DNA of 63,056 nucleotides, the filler included, from Sphacelaria rigidula (Eukaryota): the NCBI GenBank assembly GCA_964200075.2. It is 6 parts of 6 records of this genome, joined end to end, with 100 filler letters (N's around TTAATTAATTAA, not from the genome) between each part and the next. Parts side by side here need not be neighbours in the genome. Positions count along the whole stretch, not along the records: positions 10,530 to 20,957 come from CAXNAA020006510.1; positions 21,058 to 31,484 come from CAXNAA020006511.1; positions 31,585 to 42,008 come from CAXNAA020006512.1; 3 more parts are not named here. One strand, given 5' to 3'. A program made the translations under genes and the position numbers. Under the pieces are notes generated by a model, which did not search any database, was not told where the DNA came from, and saw only the letters and a list, made by a program, of their open reading frames with translations. Shown piece by piece: positions 18,601-31,715 of the stretch. The number at the start of each line of letters is the position of its first letter. Position 1 is the first letter of the stretch.

Positions 18601-19964
18601 GGGAGTTTTGTCGAACGCACCCGGCGATTTTGTACCCTGCGTTCGTGCTGCAGACACAGATGCAAGAAAAGATACTGGGGAGCAAGTTCTGGAATGCGTG
18701 TAGCGAGAGTCGGGTCAGGTTGTCCAGCGGAGAGTATATCTCGATATCGGCGCTCCTACATGCGCATGTCTCCGAAAAGGTGCGTTTTTGCGACTTTCCC
18801 AACACCAGTGAAATCAGTGAAATCGGGCCGGAGATACATACAGCTTGCCACTCATCCAAAATATCGCAACAGCGGGGGGTGAACTTGGGAATTCCACGCT
18901 AGTGGAGGTTATTCTTGGCCTATAACAGAAAAGAAAAATGTATGGGTGGAAGGACACAGAGGTTTTGTGGCGGAAGCGTTCGTTGGAAACAGCGATTCTC
19001 CCTTGGGTATGTGGTTGAGTGACTCTGGCCATCCACCAAAGCACTGAAATTGGCGGAACGTGCTGTTATCGCGCGATGCGCACTAAGCGCTTGACCTCCT
19101 CCAAGTCTGTGAGCGCTCCACTTCTGTGTGTTTTTGCAGGCTTTTCAGGATCTTGTCGAGACGACGGACGCCGTTACCGGGAAACCGGCCATGCCTTTAG
19201 CAAATGCAGACAACGTGGCGATGCTTCAGGTATCCGGCACACTGGCGAATAGGTGGGTGCCTACTGAATTTTTTCCGGTCGGTTTGCTAGTGCAGCAGCA
19301 AAAATGCAAAACTCGCGAGGTCTTTCAGCACAGTTTTGCGTCTATTATACGCCTCCACGTACTAACTTCCGAGAGGAGGAAACCTCGTCATGCTTTCGAT
19401 GGTTGATACACACTGGTTGGTGGAAGGTTGATCTTCACATCGACCATGAATGGCTTGGGACCATCCGCAGTATCGTCGTTCATGGTCTCGTCAATGTAAT
19501 GTACTGTTGTTGAACGATTTTAGCTAATCATGCTCGTTTTCCAATCCGCAGACGAGAGTTACAAACGACGGTCAAGTCGCATATGTCTGCCATCAAGGCA
19601 ATGGCGAAGGAGAGCAAAGCGCCCGCCACTAACAACGGAAGCAGTGCACCAGCTTCTCCCAAGAAGGTCACCTTTCAGGGTACGTTACAACCCGAACCCC
19701 TCGATCTCAACAGCAGCTGGGTTTTGTGATTGTTTCTAGTCCTTTATGCTCTCCAATGTCATGTTATATTCCTATACAAGTCAACGTTAACTTCTCTCTT
19801 TTTGTAGCGGCCTGCCATGTGTATGTATATATACATGTATGTACACGCCTAGATTTATTCTTGGGAAGGGGCTTGTTTCGACTCTCCCTGCAGATAGCAA
19901 TACCGCAGAGAATGGAAATCAGCTGACTCCTGTCTGTTCTGCAAGCGTCGAATGTTCCCTCTAA
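12633..19964 (+). CDS. N-myristoylation-motif EF-hand calcium-binding protein (calcineurin-B/recoverin-like), complete, 7 exons, 336 aa
   Basis: Exons 12633-12782, 12997-13088, 17977-18148, 18495-18779, 19140-19252, 19552-19679 and 19894-19964 total 1011 nt; all introns are GT-AG with consistent phases. Starts MGQGITK. EF loops DEDKSGEISLWE, DEDGSGSVDFRE and DNDNSGEIDVME, plus a degenerate fourth (RSISVDNFREF). Confidence 0.9.
13495..14288 (-). mobile_element. DNA-transposon end with dense TAGCTC/GAGCTA subterminal repeats (CACTA/CMC-like terminus)
   Basis: Two TAGCTC clusters (13495-13805, 14140-14288) flank a spacer. The minus strand starts CACCGTAGCTCGAGC. Same family as 35709-36690. Confidence 0.6.
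15862..16231. mobile_element. Imperfect inverted-repeat (foldback) element in EF-hand intron 2
   Basis: 15862-15950 'gattctacac...tttttaggat...ggcaaccttc...atcgaaat...aaatgcact' pairs with the reverse complement of 16139-16231. Confidence 0.65.
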
Positions 19965-20439
19965 GTAGTAAGGAATCGAGGATGAAACTGATGGAGAGAG
20001 AGTGGCCCGGTTTATATCCGACTAGGGATGAATAGGGGAAGTCGTGTTAACACGGAAACTGATGTACCCCCGCCTTTTCTCATTGGTTGTGGAAATTTCT
20101 CCTCGGCCTGGGGTCTTGTGGTGTCCCCTGGTTGTGCTTTGTACATGCTCCACTGTGTCCCTGGGTATCATATTTTCCGTATTTTCTTTCTTCTGTTCTC
20201 TCTTTCTCTCTCCGCCCATCCCTTCTTCCCTTTCTTCTTCCGGGGTAGGCAATTTATAGTTTTAATTCAGTACTTTTTCATTGAAACGCTTATTTTTTTT
20301 TCTTTTTTTTCTTGTTCTTCTCCTTCTCTTTCACGATTCGGACGAATCAAAGTTCATCCGAGGTGACTCCCCATGAATGTTGAATGCGAATCATGTACCA
20401 ACGGTGCAAATTTTATATGGATCACCACTCCTGTATGAA

Positions 20440-20825
20440 TCATTGGTGGGAAACATGTACACTTGATGAATCTCGTTTTGCTCGACGGTGGGGAACATGT
20501 ACGTATGATTCATGCTGCGGGAACGGAAATTGAAAAAAATAGACGCTTGACTCGCCTCGTATGGATGGAAGACGAAAAACGTGTACTGATAATGCATCCT
20601 GCATAAACGGAAAATGGGAAACATGTACGCTTTATTCTCCTCGTATAAATCGAAGGTGAGGAATGCGTGCCTATGATTCATGCTGCAATGAATGACAAAT
20701 GGGAAACATGTACGCTTGATTCACCTCGTATGAATGGAAGATGAGAAAACATGTACCCATGATACATGCTTACAAACGCAAGGTGGAAGACATGTACATG
20801 AACCACGTGATTCATGCTGCATTGA
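20440..20825. repeat. Degenerate minisatellite, period about 84 bp (two halves of about 42 bp)
   Basis: 'gggaaacatgtac' at 20448, 20616 and 20701, with degenerate copies near 20531 and 20785; 'tgattcatgctgc' recurs between them. Confidence 0.7.
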
Positions 20826-20957
20826 ACAACCGATCCTCAAGAACGGGGTTCAGCACTAAAATGAGGCTCAAATGGCATAACTAATTTTCAGGAATGGTGC
20901 GAAACAACTATACCGACAGAAAGCATCTCCTCCCCAAAACAATATGTAGCAGTTATT

Positions 20958-21057
20958 NNNNNNNNNNNNNNNNNNNNNNNNNNNNNNNNNNNNNNNNNNN
21001 NTTAATTAATTAANNNNNNNNNNNNNNNNNNNNNNNNNNNNNNNNNNNNNNNNNNNN
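20958..21057. other. Artificial contig linker
   Basis: N44-TTAATTAATTAA-N44. Confidence 0.98.
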
Positions 21058-21079
21058 TGGGGAAAGCACTGTTTTAGGC

Positions 21080-21371
21080 TTGAACCTCATCTCGGAGTTA
21101 AACCTCAATTCGCACAATTTGTTGTTATATATGATCATCGCCTCCGTGCATCTTTTTGGCCGGTTCGGGGGGCGAGGGCTATTTCGGCAGCAGTCTGACA
21201 TACACGACGACTCCGAGTGTCAAAATCAACTGAGCAACGGGAACGTGGGCAGCAACACCGGAAGAAAGCAACATTTACCACCGTCGCAGCAACCCCCGTC
21301 GTCGCAGCAACAACCCCAACACCAGCAGCAACAACAGAAGAGGCAGCAGAAGAAGCGGCAGGAGCAACAGC

Positions 21372-21408
<37 letters not shown>

Positions 21409-22800
21409 CATTCGACGAACATCAACGCTATGCTACGGTAGGAGTGCGCCTTTGGCGCGAAATCTTGCGCAAGAACAGGGACCAGGCTATCCCCGTTTGC
21501 AAATTCAGTCGGGGTATTCCTTGCGCATTGGAGTAGTAATCCTGGCGTACTCCCACATATTCCATATCTCATGCTCATAGATACGTCAAACGACTTGAAC
21601 CACTCGCGGTGCGCTTGTATTTCGGTAAAGGCGGTGTACAGCAGAATGAACGAGCGTTTATTATCGCGAGCAAGCTCGTTCTAACAACTGTTGGCGACTT
21701 TCAACGACGATTGACCTTGAATTTCGTGGGAATAAACGGCCCAAAATCCTCCCCCCTCTTCCCCCATCGTAGCATGACTCAATTGCGCCAGGGGGGCTCA
21801 GAGGCATCGGCACTGCTCTTGTAGCGCAAACAGTTCAAGACATGACTGAAGTTTTAACAGCTTTGTCTACCACGGTGGGAGCAGACGTACGGCATAAGCG
21901 ACTCGAACATCCCATGAAACAGGTCATACGCGGTCTACAAAATATTCTCGAACCAGGTATGAATGTCTAAGGTCCGCTGTCACCTTGTGAACCCTGCAAT
22001 CAATGAGAGCGTACAGCAAAATCATACGAAGGCAGTCGATTCCACCAGTTTTTCAGAGCGACTACAACTGGTCAGCACTGACCTGGCAGGGCCCATTCCA
22101 CCTACTCAATTGGGGGGCTATCGTTTTATGGCGGACTTTTACTACACGCGATTGAGGTTGTTTACTTGATCAGAATGAAGGACGATAGCCGAACTACGCT
22201 TTGCCAGTTCATCCAAGATCTGGCTATTCCTCTAGGGCTCCCGCCTACGTCGCCTACGGTCCGACCGTTGGAGTAAATATATTGTGAACTACGTCACAAG
22301 ATACCGCTAAACAATGGCAATTCCCCAAGAATATACGGCCCATCGTATACGTCAAAAGACGGCATTTCCGAGCGCGACGGGATAACTATTCTGAACATCA
22401 CGCGCAATATATAAAATGAAGCAAACCTGCCGAAGATTCTTTCGGGCGAAAGTGCGGCAAGTAAGGTCTTCTTTATCAACCACTTACTTGCCGCATTCAA
22501 GCACGAACGACGACACGCCACTCCATCGGATGTTTCTCAAGCAACAGAAACTGTTATATTTGCCAACATTGGGTTCGTGGACGCTTGTGCACAAGGGACA
22601 TCGTCATAGTAAGTCAGAAGAAAAATCTTGGAAAGGAGTGTTAGTAGGATATGATTCCGATATCCTACCTAGAAGTATCTACGACCACTACTCGGGGAGG
22701 ATATCTAGCTATCGGGACGTTACTTTTATCGAACAAGCAGGCGGAGCTTCCTACAATGACGAGGATTCTTTAACACCGGTAATCCTGAGCATCAGTAATT
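21080..22800 (+). mobile_element. Degenerate Ty1/copia LTR retrotransposon (gag remnant, GAG-pre-integrase, integrase, SH3-like)
   Basis: In order, with stops and frameshifts: poly-Q tract, RHKRLEHP (WHxRLGH), LQLVSTDLAGP...GGYRF, RLRSDRWSKY (LRSDNGGEY), DGISERDG (NGVAER), and KSEEKSWKGVLVGYD...YDH...SYRDVTFIE. Confidence 0.85.
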
Positions 22801-23124
22801 CTGACACAAGTGTATGTGAAAAAGTGATTCCTCGACGGACAGTTGTGGGAACTTCCTACTATGCGGTGGTATCCTTGCAACCTCCCTCCCTCTGCTCCGT
22901 CTCGAAAGGGATGCGTGGCCAATGGTTAAGGGACGAAGACAAGCAACCAAATAAGTTCAACCCCCCCCCCCCCTCACCTCCGCACTCTTGAGTTGATGTC
23001 GAGTGGCAACGACGCTGTAAAACAAGCCACCAAAACCTAAATACAGGTACAGACTGTCACCGTACATACACCGGGGACCGCCACTGAAAACCAAAAGTCC
23101 TGGAACAACGGACAAAAATATTAA

Positions 23125-23318
23125 AGAGTGATGCTACGGTAGGGGTGCAGAAATACTTTCTGAGGTTAGAATTGTTAGGAACCCTTTTTCCCATGCAAAA
23201 CACGACCTATGGAAGTATGTGAAAGTACTCCAGGATTACTNNNNNNNNNNATCGTTAGGAGCCCCTGAACTAGACATAATTTCGCGAAAAACGTGCACCC
23301 CTACCGTAGCATTGCTCT
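23125..23318. mobile_element. Short MITE with 25-bp terminal inverted repeats
   Basis: agagtgatgctacggtaggggtgca (23125-23149) versus tgcacccctaccgtagcattgctct (23294-23318), 23/25 complementary. Contains a 10-N gap. Confidence 0.75.
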
Positions 23319-23366
23319 AAAATCAGTCGAACAGCCCATGGTTTACTCCGGGAGCACCTTTTTTAA

Positions 23367-26300
23367 ACCTAGCATAACACAGCCCGGACATGGACAAGGA
23401 CTAGAAAAGCTAGCCATCCGTTTTCATTAACGAACCATAACACAGCCCAGACATAAATGGAATAGAGAAGCTAACCCTCCTTTTGATTGGACCTAGTAAT
23501 AAACAGCCAGGACATTGACATGAAAAATAAAAGCTGACCCTCTTTTCTGTTTATCCTACCATAACACAGCCCCGACATAGCCACATGACATAGAGAAGCT
23601 GACCCTTCCTTTTATTTAACCTACAATAACACAGCCCGGGCATAGACATGAAATGAAGAAGCTAACCCTTCTATTCATGCAACCTACTACAACACAGCCC
23701 CGACAAAGACATGAAATAGAGAAGCTAACCCTCACTTTTCTTTAACCTACTATAACACAGCCCGGATACAGACATGAAAAAAAAAAGCTATCCCTCATTT
23801 ATAGATAATCTATCAGAACACAGTCCGGATAAAGACATGAAATGGAAAAGCTAACCCTCTGTCTTCTTTGACCAGCCATGACGAAGCGCAGACATGAACA
23901 TGGAATGAACAAGCTAACCCTCCTGTTCATTGCACCTACCATAACACAGTCCAGACATGAACAGAGAACACACGAGCTAACCCTCCTTTTCATATACCCT
24001 ACCATGACACAGCCCGGATGCAGACATGGAAGAAAGAAGCTAACTCTTCTTCCTATATCACATACCATAACACTGCCCGGACAAAGACATGACATGAAAA
24101 GCCTAACCCTCCCATCCACATAGAATACGGCAGCCAATCCTCCTCTTCATATAACCTATCATAACACAGTCCGGATGCAGACATGGAATGGAGAAGCTAA
24201 CCCTCTCTTACCCTTGATCAGCCATGACGAAGCGCAGACATGAATATGGAATGAACAAGCTGACCCTCATGTTTATTGCACCTACCATAACACAGTCCAG
24301 ACATGGAGATAGCACACAAGAGCTAACCCTCCTTTTCATATAGCGTACAATCACGAAGCCCGGATGCAGACAGGAACTAGAGCAGCTAACTCTTCTCCCT
24401 ATATCACATACCATCACACTGCCCGGACAAAAACATGAAATGAGAAACCTCATGCTCACATTCAGGAAAAATACAGCAGCCAACCCTCCCCTTCATATAA
24501 CCCATCATAACACAGTCCGGATGCAGACATGGAATGGAAAAGCTCACCTTATCTTTCCTTTAACCAGCCATGACGAAGCGCAGACATGAACATGAAATGA
24601 ACAAGCTAACCCTCCTGTTTATATAACCTACCATAACACAGTCCAGACATGGAGATAGAACACACGAGCTATCCTTCCTTGTCATTTACCCTACCATAAT
24701 ACAGCCCGGATGCAGACATGGGATAAAGAAGCTCACTCTTCTTCATATTTCACATACCATAACACTGCCCGGACAAAGACATGAAATGTAAAACCTCATC
24801 CTCACATTCCCATAGAATACGGAAGCCAACCCCCCTCTTCATATAACCTATCATAACACAGTCCGGATGCAGACATGAAATGGAAAAGCTAACCCTCTCT
24901 CTTCTTTGACCAGCCATGACGAAGCGCAGACATGAACATGGAATGAACAAGCTAACCCTCCTGTTCATTGCACCTACCATGACACAGTCCAGACGTCAAG
25001 ACAGAACACACGAGCTATCCCTCCCTTTCATATACCCTACCATCACGAAGCAGGGACACAGACATGGAAGAAAGAAGCTAACTCTTCTTCCTATATCACA
25101 TACCATAACACTGCCCAGACGGAGACATGAAATGAAAAGCCTAATCCTCACATTCACCAATATTGCGGTAGCCAACCCTCCTCTTCATATAACCTATCAT
25201 AACACAGTCCGGATGCAGACATGAAATGGAGAAGCTAACCCTCTCTTACCCTTGATCAGCCATGACGAAGCGCAGACATGAACATGGAATGAACAAGCTG
25301 ACCCTCCTGTTCATTGCACCTACCATAACACAGTCCAGACATGGAGATAGAACACAAGAGCTAACCCTCCTTTTCATATAGCGTACAATCACGAAGCCCG
25401 GATGCAGACAGGAACTAGAGCAGCTAACTCTTCTCCCTATATCACATACCATCACACTGCCCGGACAAAGACATGAAATGAGAAACCTCATGCTCACATT
25501 CAGGAAAAATACAGCAGCCAACCCTCCCCTTCATATAACCCATCATAACACAGTCCGGATGCAGACATGGAATGGAAAAGCTCACCTTATCTTTTCTTTG
25601 ACCAGCCATGACGAAGCGCAGACATGAACATGAAATGAACAAGCTAACCCTCCTGTTTATATAACCTACCATAACACAGTCCAGACATGGAGAGAGAACA
25701 CACGAGCTATCCTTCCTTGTCATTTACCCTACCATAACACAGCCCGGATGCAGACATGGGATAAAGAAGCTCACTCTTCTTCATATATCACATACCATAA
25801 CACTACCCGGACAAAGACATGAAATGGAAAACCTCATCCTCACATTCCCATAGAATACAGCACCCAACCCCCCTCTTCATATAACCTATCATAACACAGT
25901 CCGGATGCAGATATGAAATGGAAAAGCTAACCCTCTCTCTTCTTCGACTAGCCATGACGAAGCGCAGACATGTGCATGGAATGAACAAGCTAACCCTCCT
26001 GCTTCTTTCACCTACCATAACACAGTCCGGACATCAACATAGAATACACGAGCTATCCCTCCTTATCATATACCCTACTGTAACACAGCCCGGATGCAGA
26101 CATGGGATAAAGAAGCTCACTCTTCTTCATATATCACATACCATAACACTGCCCGGACAAAGACATGAAATGTAAAACCTCATCCTCACATTCCCATAGA
26201 ATACGGCAGCCAACCCCCCTCTTCATATAACCTATCATAACACAGTCCGGATGCAGACATGAAATGGAGAAGCTTACCCTCTGTCTTCTTCGACCAGCCA

Positions 26301-29300
26301 TGACGAAGCGCAGACATGAACATGGAATGAACAAGCTAACCCTCCTGTTCATTGCACCTACCATGAAAAAGCCCAGACATCGAGACAGTACACACGAGCT
26401 CACCCTCCTTTTCGTATACCCTACCATCACGAACCAGGAGCACAGACATGGAAGAAAGAAGCTAACTCTTCTCCCTATATCACATACTATAACACTGCCC
26501 AGACGGAGACATGAAATGAAAAACCTAATCCCCCCATCCACAAATAATGCGGCAGACAACCCTCCTCTTCATATAACCTATCATAACACAGTCCGGATGC
26601 AGACATGAAATGGAGAAGCTAACCCTCTGTCTTCTTTGACCAGCCATGACGAAGCGCATACATGAACATGGAATGAACACGCTAACCCTCCTGTCCATAT
26701 AACCTACCATGACACAGTCCAGACATCAAGACAGAACACACGAGCTATCCCTATTCTTCGTTTACTCTAGCATCACGAAGCAGGAGCACAGACATGGAAG
26801 AATGAAGCTAACTCTTCTTCCTATATCACATACCATCACACTGCCTAGACAAAGACATGAAATGTAAAACCTCATCCTCACATTCAGATAAAGAACAGCA
26901 GCCAACCCTCCTCTTCATATAACCTTTCATAGCACAGTCCGGATAAAGACATGAAATAGAGAAGCTCACCTTGTATTTTCTTTGACCAGCCATGACGAAG
27001 CGTAGACATGAACATGGGATGAACAAGCTAACCCTCCTGTTCAGATAACGTACCATAACACAGTCCAGACATCAAGACAGAACACACGAGCTCACCCTCC
27101 TTGTCATATACCCTACCATAACACAACCCGGATGCAGACATGGGATGAAGAAGCTCACTCTTCTTCCTATATCACATACCATAACACTACCCGGACAAAG
27201 ACATGAAATGTAAAACCTAATCCTCACATTCCCATAGAATACCGCCGTCAACCCCCCTCTTCATATAACCTATCATAGCACAGTCCGGATACAGACATGA
27301 AATAGAGAAGCTCACCTTATCTCTTCTTTGACCAGCTATGACGAAGCGCAAGAATGAACATGGAATGAACAAGCTAACCCTCCTGTTCAGATAACCTACC
27401 ATAACACAGTCCAGACATGAACAGAGAACACACGAGCTCACCCTCCTTGTCATATACCCCACCATAACACAGCCCGGATGCAGACATGGGATAAAGAAGC
27501 TCACTCTTCTTATCATATCACGTAACAAAACACTACCCGGACAAAGACATGACATGTAAAACCTCATCCTCACATTCCCATAGAATACAGCAGTCAACCC
27601 CCCTCTTCATATAACCTATCATAACACAGTCCGGATAAAGACATGAAATGGAGAAGCTAACCCTCTCTCTTTTTCGACCAGCTATGACGAAGCGCAAGAA
27701 TGAACATGGAATGAACAAGCTAACCCTCCTGTTCATATAACCTACCATAACACAGTCCAGACATGAACAGAGAACAGACGAGCTCACCCTTCTTGTCATA
27801 TACCCTACCATAACACAGCCCGGATGCAGACATGGGATGAAGAAGCTCACTCTTCTTATCATATCACGTACCAAAACACTACCCGGACAAAGACATGACA
27901 TGTAAAACCTCATCCTCACATTCCCATAGAATACAGCAGTCAACCCCCCTCTTCATATAACCTTTCATAACACAGTCCGGATAAAGACATGAAATGGAGA
28001 AGCTAACCCTCTCTCTTCTTCGACCAGCCATGACGAAGCGCAGACATGAACATGGAATGAACAAGCTAACCCTCCCGTTCCTTTTACCTACCATGACACA
28101 GTCCAAACATCAAGACAGAACACACGAGCTCACCCTCCTTGTCATATACCCTACCGTAACACAGCCCGGATGCAGACATGGAAAAGAGAAGCTAACTCTT
28201 CTTCCAATATTACACACAATAACACTACCCGGACAAAGACATGAAATGTAAAACCTAATCCTCACATAAACGTAGAATACGGCAGCCAACGCCCCTCTTC
28301 ATATAACCTATCATAACATAGTCCGGATGCAGACATGAAATGGAGAAGCTTACCCTCTCTCTTCTTTGACCAGCCATGACGAAGGGCAGACATGAACATG
28401 GAATGAACAAGCTAACCCTCCTGTTCATTACACCTACCATGACACAGTCCAGACATCAAGACAGAACACACGAGCTATCCCTCTTTTTCGTATACTCTAC
28501 CATCACGGAGCAGGAGCACAGACATGGAAGAATGAAGCTAACTCTTCTTCCTATATCACATACAATCACACTGCCCGGACAAAGACATGAAATGAGAAAC
28601 CTCATTTTCACATTCAGATAAAAAACAGCAGCCAACCCTCCTCTTCATATAACCTTTCATAGCACAGTCCGGATAAAGACATGAAATAGAGAAGCTCACC
28701 TTGTATTTTCTTTGACAAGCCATGACGGAGCGCAGACATGAACATGGGATGAACAAGCTAACCCTCCTGTTCAGGTAACCTACCATAACACAGTCCAGAC
28801 ATGAACAGAGAACACACGAGCTCACCCTCCTTGTCATATACCCTACCATAACACAGCCCGAGTGCAGACATGGGATGAAGAAGCTCACTCTTCTTCCTAT
28901 ATCACATACCATAACACTACCCGGACAAAAACATGAAATGTAAAACCTAATCCTCACATTCCCATAGAATACAGCCGTCAACCCCCCTCTTCAAATAACC
29001 TATCATAGCACAGTCCGGATAAAGACATGAAATGGAGAAGCTCACCTTATCTTTTGTTTGACCAGCTATGACGAAGCGCAGAAATGAACATGGAATGAAC
29101 AAGCTAACCCTCCTGTTCCTTTCACCTACCATAACACAGTCCAGACATGAACAGAGAACACACGAGCTCACCCTCCTTGTCATATACCCTACCATAACAC
29201 GGCCCGGATGCAGACATGGGATAAAGAAGCTCACTCTTTTTCCTATATCACATACCGTCACACTGCCCGGACAAAGACATGAAAAAAGAAACCTCATCCT

Positions 29301-31484
29301 CACATTCAGAAAAGAAACAGCAGCCAACCCTCCTCTTCATATAACCTTTCATAGCACAGTCCGGATAAAGACATGAAATAGAGAAGCTCATCTTACATTT
29401 TCTCTGACCAGCCATGACGAAGCGTAGACATGAACATGGGATGAACAAGCTAACCCTCCTGTTCATATAACCTACCATAACACAGTCCAGACATCAAGAC
29501 AGAACACACGAGCTCACCCTTCTTGTCATATACCCTACCATAACACAGCCCGGATGCAGACATGGGATAAAGAAGCTAACTCTTCTTATCATATCACAAA
29601 CCATAACAATACCAGGACAAAGACATGAAATGTAAAACCTAATCCTCACATTCCCATATAATACAGCAGTCAACCCCCCTCTTCATATGACCTATCATAA
29701 CACAGTCCGGATGCAGACATGAGATGGAAAAGCTCACCCTTTTTTCTTTTGACCAGCTATGACGAAGTGTAGACATGAACATGAAATGAACAAGCCAACC
29801 CTCCTGTTCATATAACCTACTATAACACAGTCTTCTTCCTATATCACATACGATCACACTGCCCGGACAAAGACATGAAATGTAAAACCTCATCCTCACA
29901 TTCAGATAAAAAACAGCAGCCAACCCTCCTCTTCATATAACCTTTCATAACACAGTCCGGATAAAGACGTGAAATGGAGAAGCTCACCTTGTATTTTGTT
30001 TGACCAGCTATGACGAAGCACAGAAATGAACATGGAATGAACAAGCTAACCCTCCTGTTCAGATAACCTACCATGACACAGTCCAGACATCAAGACAGAA
30101 CACACGAGCTCACCCTCCTTGTCATATACCCTACCATAACACAGCCCGGATGCAGACATGGGATGAAGAAGCTCACTCTTTCTCCTATATCACATACCAT
30201 CACACTGCCCGGACGAAGACGTGAAAAAAGAAACCTCATCCTCACATTCAGATAAAAAACAGCAGCCAACCCTCCTCTTCATATAACCTTTCATAACACA
30301 GTCCGGATGAGGACATGAAATAAAGAAGCTGACCTTACATTTTCTCTGACCAGCCATGACGAAGCGTAGACATGAACATGGGATGAACAAGCTAACCCTC
30401 CTGTTCATATAACCTACCATGACACAGTCCAGACATGAACAGAGAACACACGAGCTCACCCTTGTTGTCATATACCCTACCATAACACAGCCCAGACACA
30501 GACATGGGATAAAGAAGCTCACTCTTCTTATCATATCACATACCAAAACACTACCCGGACAAAGACATGAAATGCAAAACCTAATCCTCACATTCCCATA
30601 GAATACAGCCGTCAACCCCCCTCTTCATATAACCTACCATAATACAGTCCGGATGCAGACATGAAATGGAAAAGCTAACCCTCTCTCTTCTTTGACCAGC
30701 CATGACGAAGCGTAGAAATGAACATGGAATGAACAAGCTAACCCTCCTGTTCATATAACCTACCATAACACAGTCCAGACATGAACAGAGAACACACGAG
30801 CTCACCCTCCTTGTCATATACCCTACCATAACACAGCCCGGATGCAGACATGGGATGAAGCAGCTACCTCTTCTTTCTATATCACATTATATAACACTAC
30901 CCGGACAAAGACATGAAATGCAAAACCTAATCCTCACATTCCCATAGAATACAGCAGTCAACCCCCCTCTTCATACAACCTATCATAGCACAGTCCGGAT
31001 GCAGACATGAAATGGAGAAGCTCACCTTATCTTTTGTTTGACCAGCTATGACGAAGCGCAGAAATGAACATGGGATGAACAAGCTAACCCTCCTGTTCAT
31101 ATAACCTACCATAACACAGTCCAGACATGAACAGAGAACACACGAGCTCACCCTCCTTGTCATATACCCTACCATAACACGGCCCCGATGCAGACATGGG
31201 ATAAAGAAGCTCACTCTTCTTACCATATCACATACCATACCAATACCCAGACAAAGACATGAAATGTAGAACCTAATCCTCACATTCCCATAGAATACAG
31301 CAGTCAACCCCCCTCTACATTTAACCTATCATAACACAGTCCGGATAAAGACATGAGATGGAGAAGCTCACCTTATCTTTTGTTTGACCAGCTATGACGA
31401 AGCGCAGAAATGAACATGGGATGAACAAGCTAACCCTCCTGTTCATATAACCTACCATAACACAGTCCAGACATGAACAGAGAA
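23367..31484. repeat. Satellite array: 7 diverged 63-bp monomers, then about 22 higher-order units of 346 bp (5 x 63 + 31); runs off the contig end
   Basis: The anchor cagtccggat occurs at 23821 + 346n for n = 0-17 (to 29703), then one 250-bp deleted unit, then 29953, 30299, 30645, 30991, 31337. Monomer starts in one unit: 24846, 24909, 24972, 25035, 25098; half-monomer at 25161. Confidence 0.97.
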
Positions 31485-31584
31485 NNNNNNNNNNNNNNNN
31501 NNNNNNNNNNNNNNNNNNNNNNNNNNNNTTAATTAATTAANNNNNNNNNNNNNNNNNNNNNNNNNNNNNNNNNNNNNNNNNNNN
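31485..31584. other. Artificial contig linker
   Basis: N44-TTAATTAATTAA-N44. Confidence 0.98.
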
Positions 31585-31715
31585 GTCGGTATCGGTAGGG
31601 TATGAGATGTCCCAAATACCGGTACCGGGTACCTACCTTACCTACGGTGCCTGTGCAATCTTGTCAAAGACACACGAAAGTATACTGACAACAACTGGTA
31701 GCAATCACGGCGCTG

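Noticed and set aside
21217-21441. Poly-Thr, poly-Cys and poly-Val ORFs
   Set aside because: Alternative frames of one (CAA)n microsatellite; the same applies to (TTG)n near 32552-32584.
24060-24100. Splice-like signals on the minus strand of the satellite (CAG|TGTTATG|GTATGT) as tandem micro-exons
   Set aside because: The implied exon is 7 nt, the CAG is lost in many units, and no host gene is visible.
23367-31484. CRISPR-like repeat-spacer array
   Set aside because: No unique spacers: every part of the unit is repeated. No cas genes, and the context is eukaryotic.
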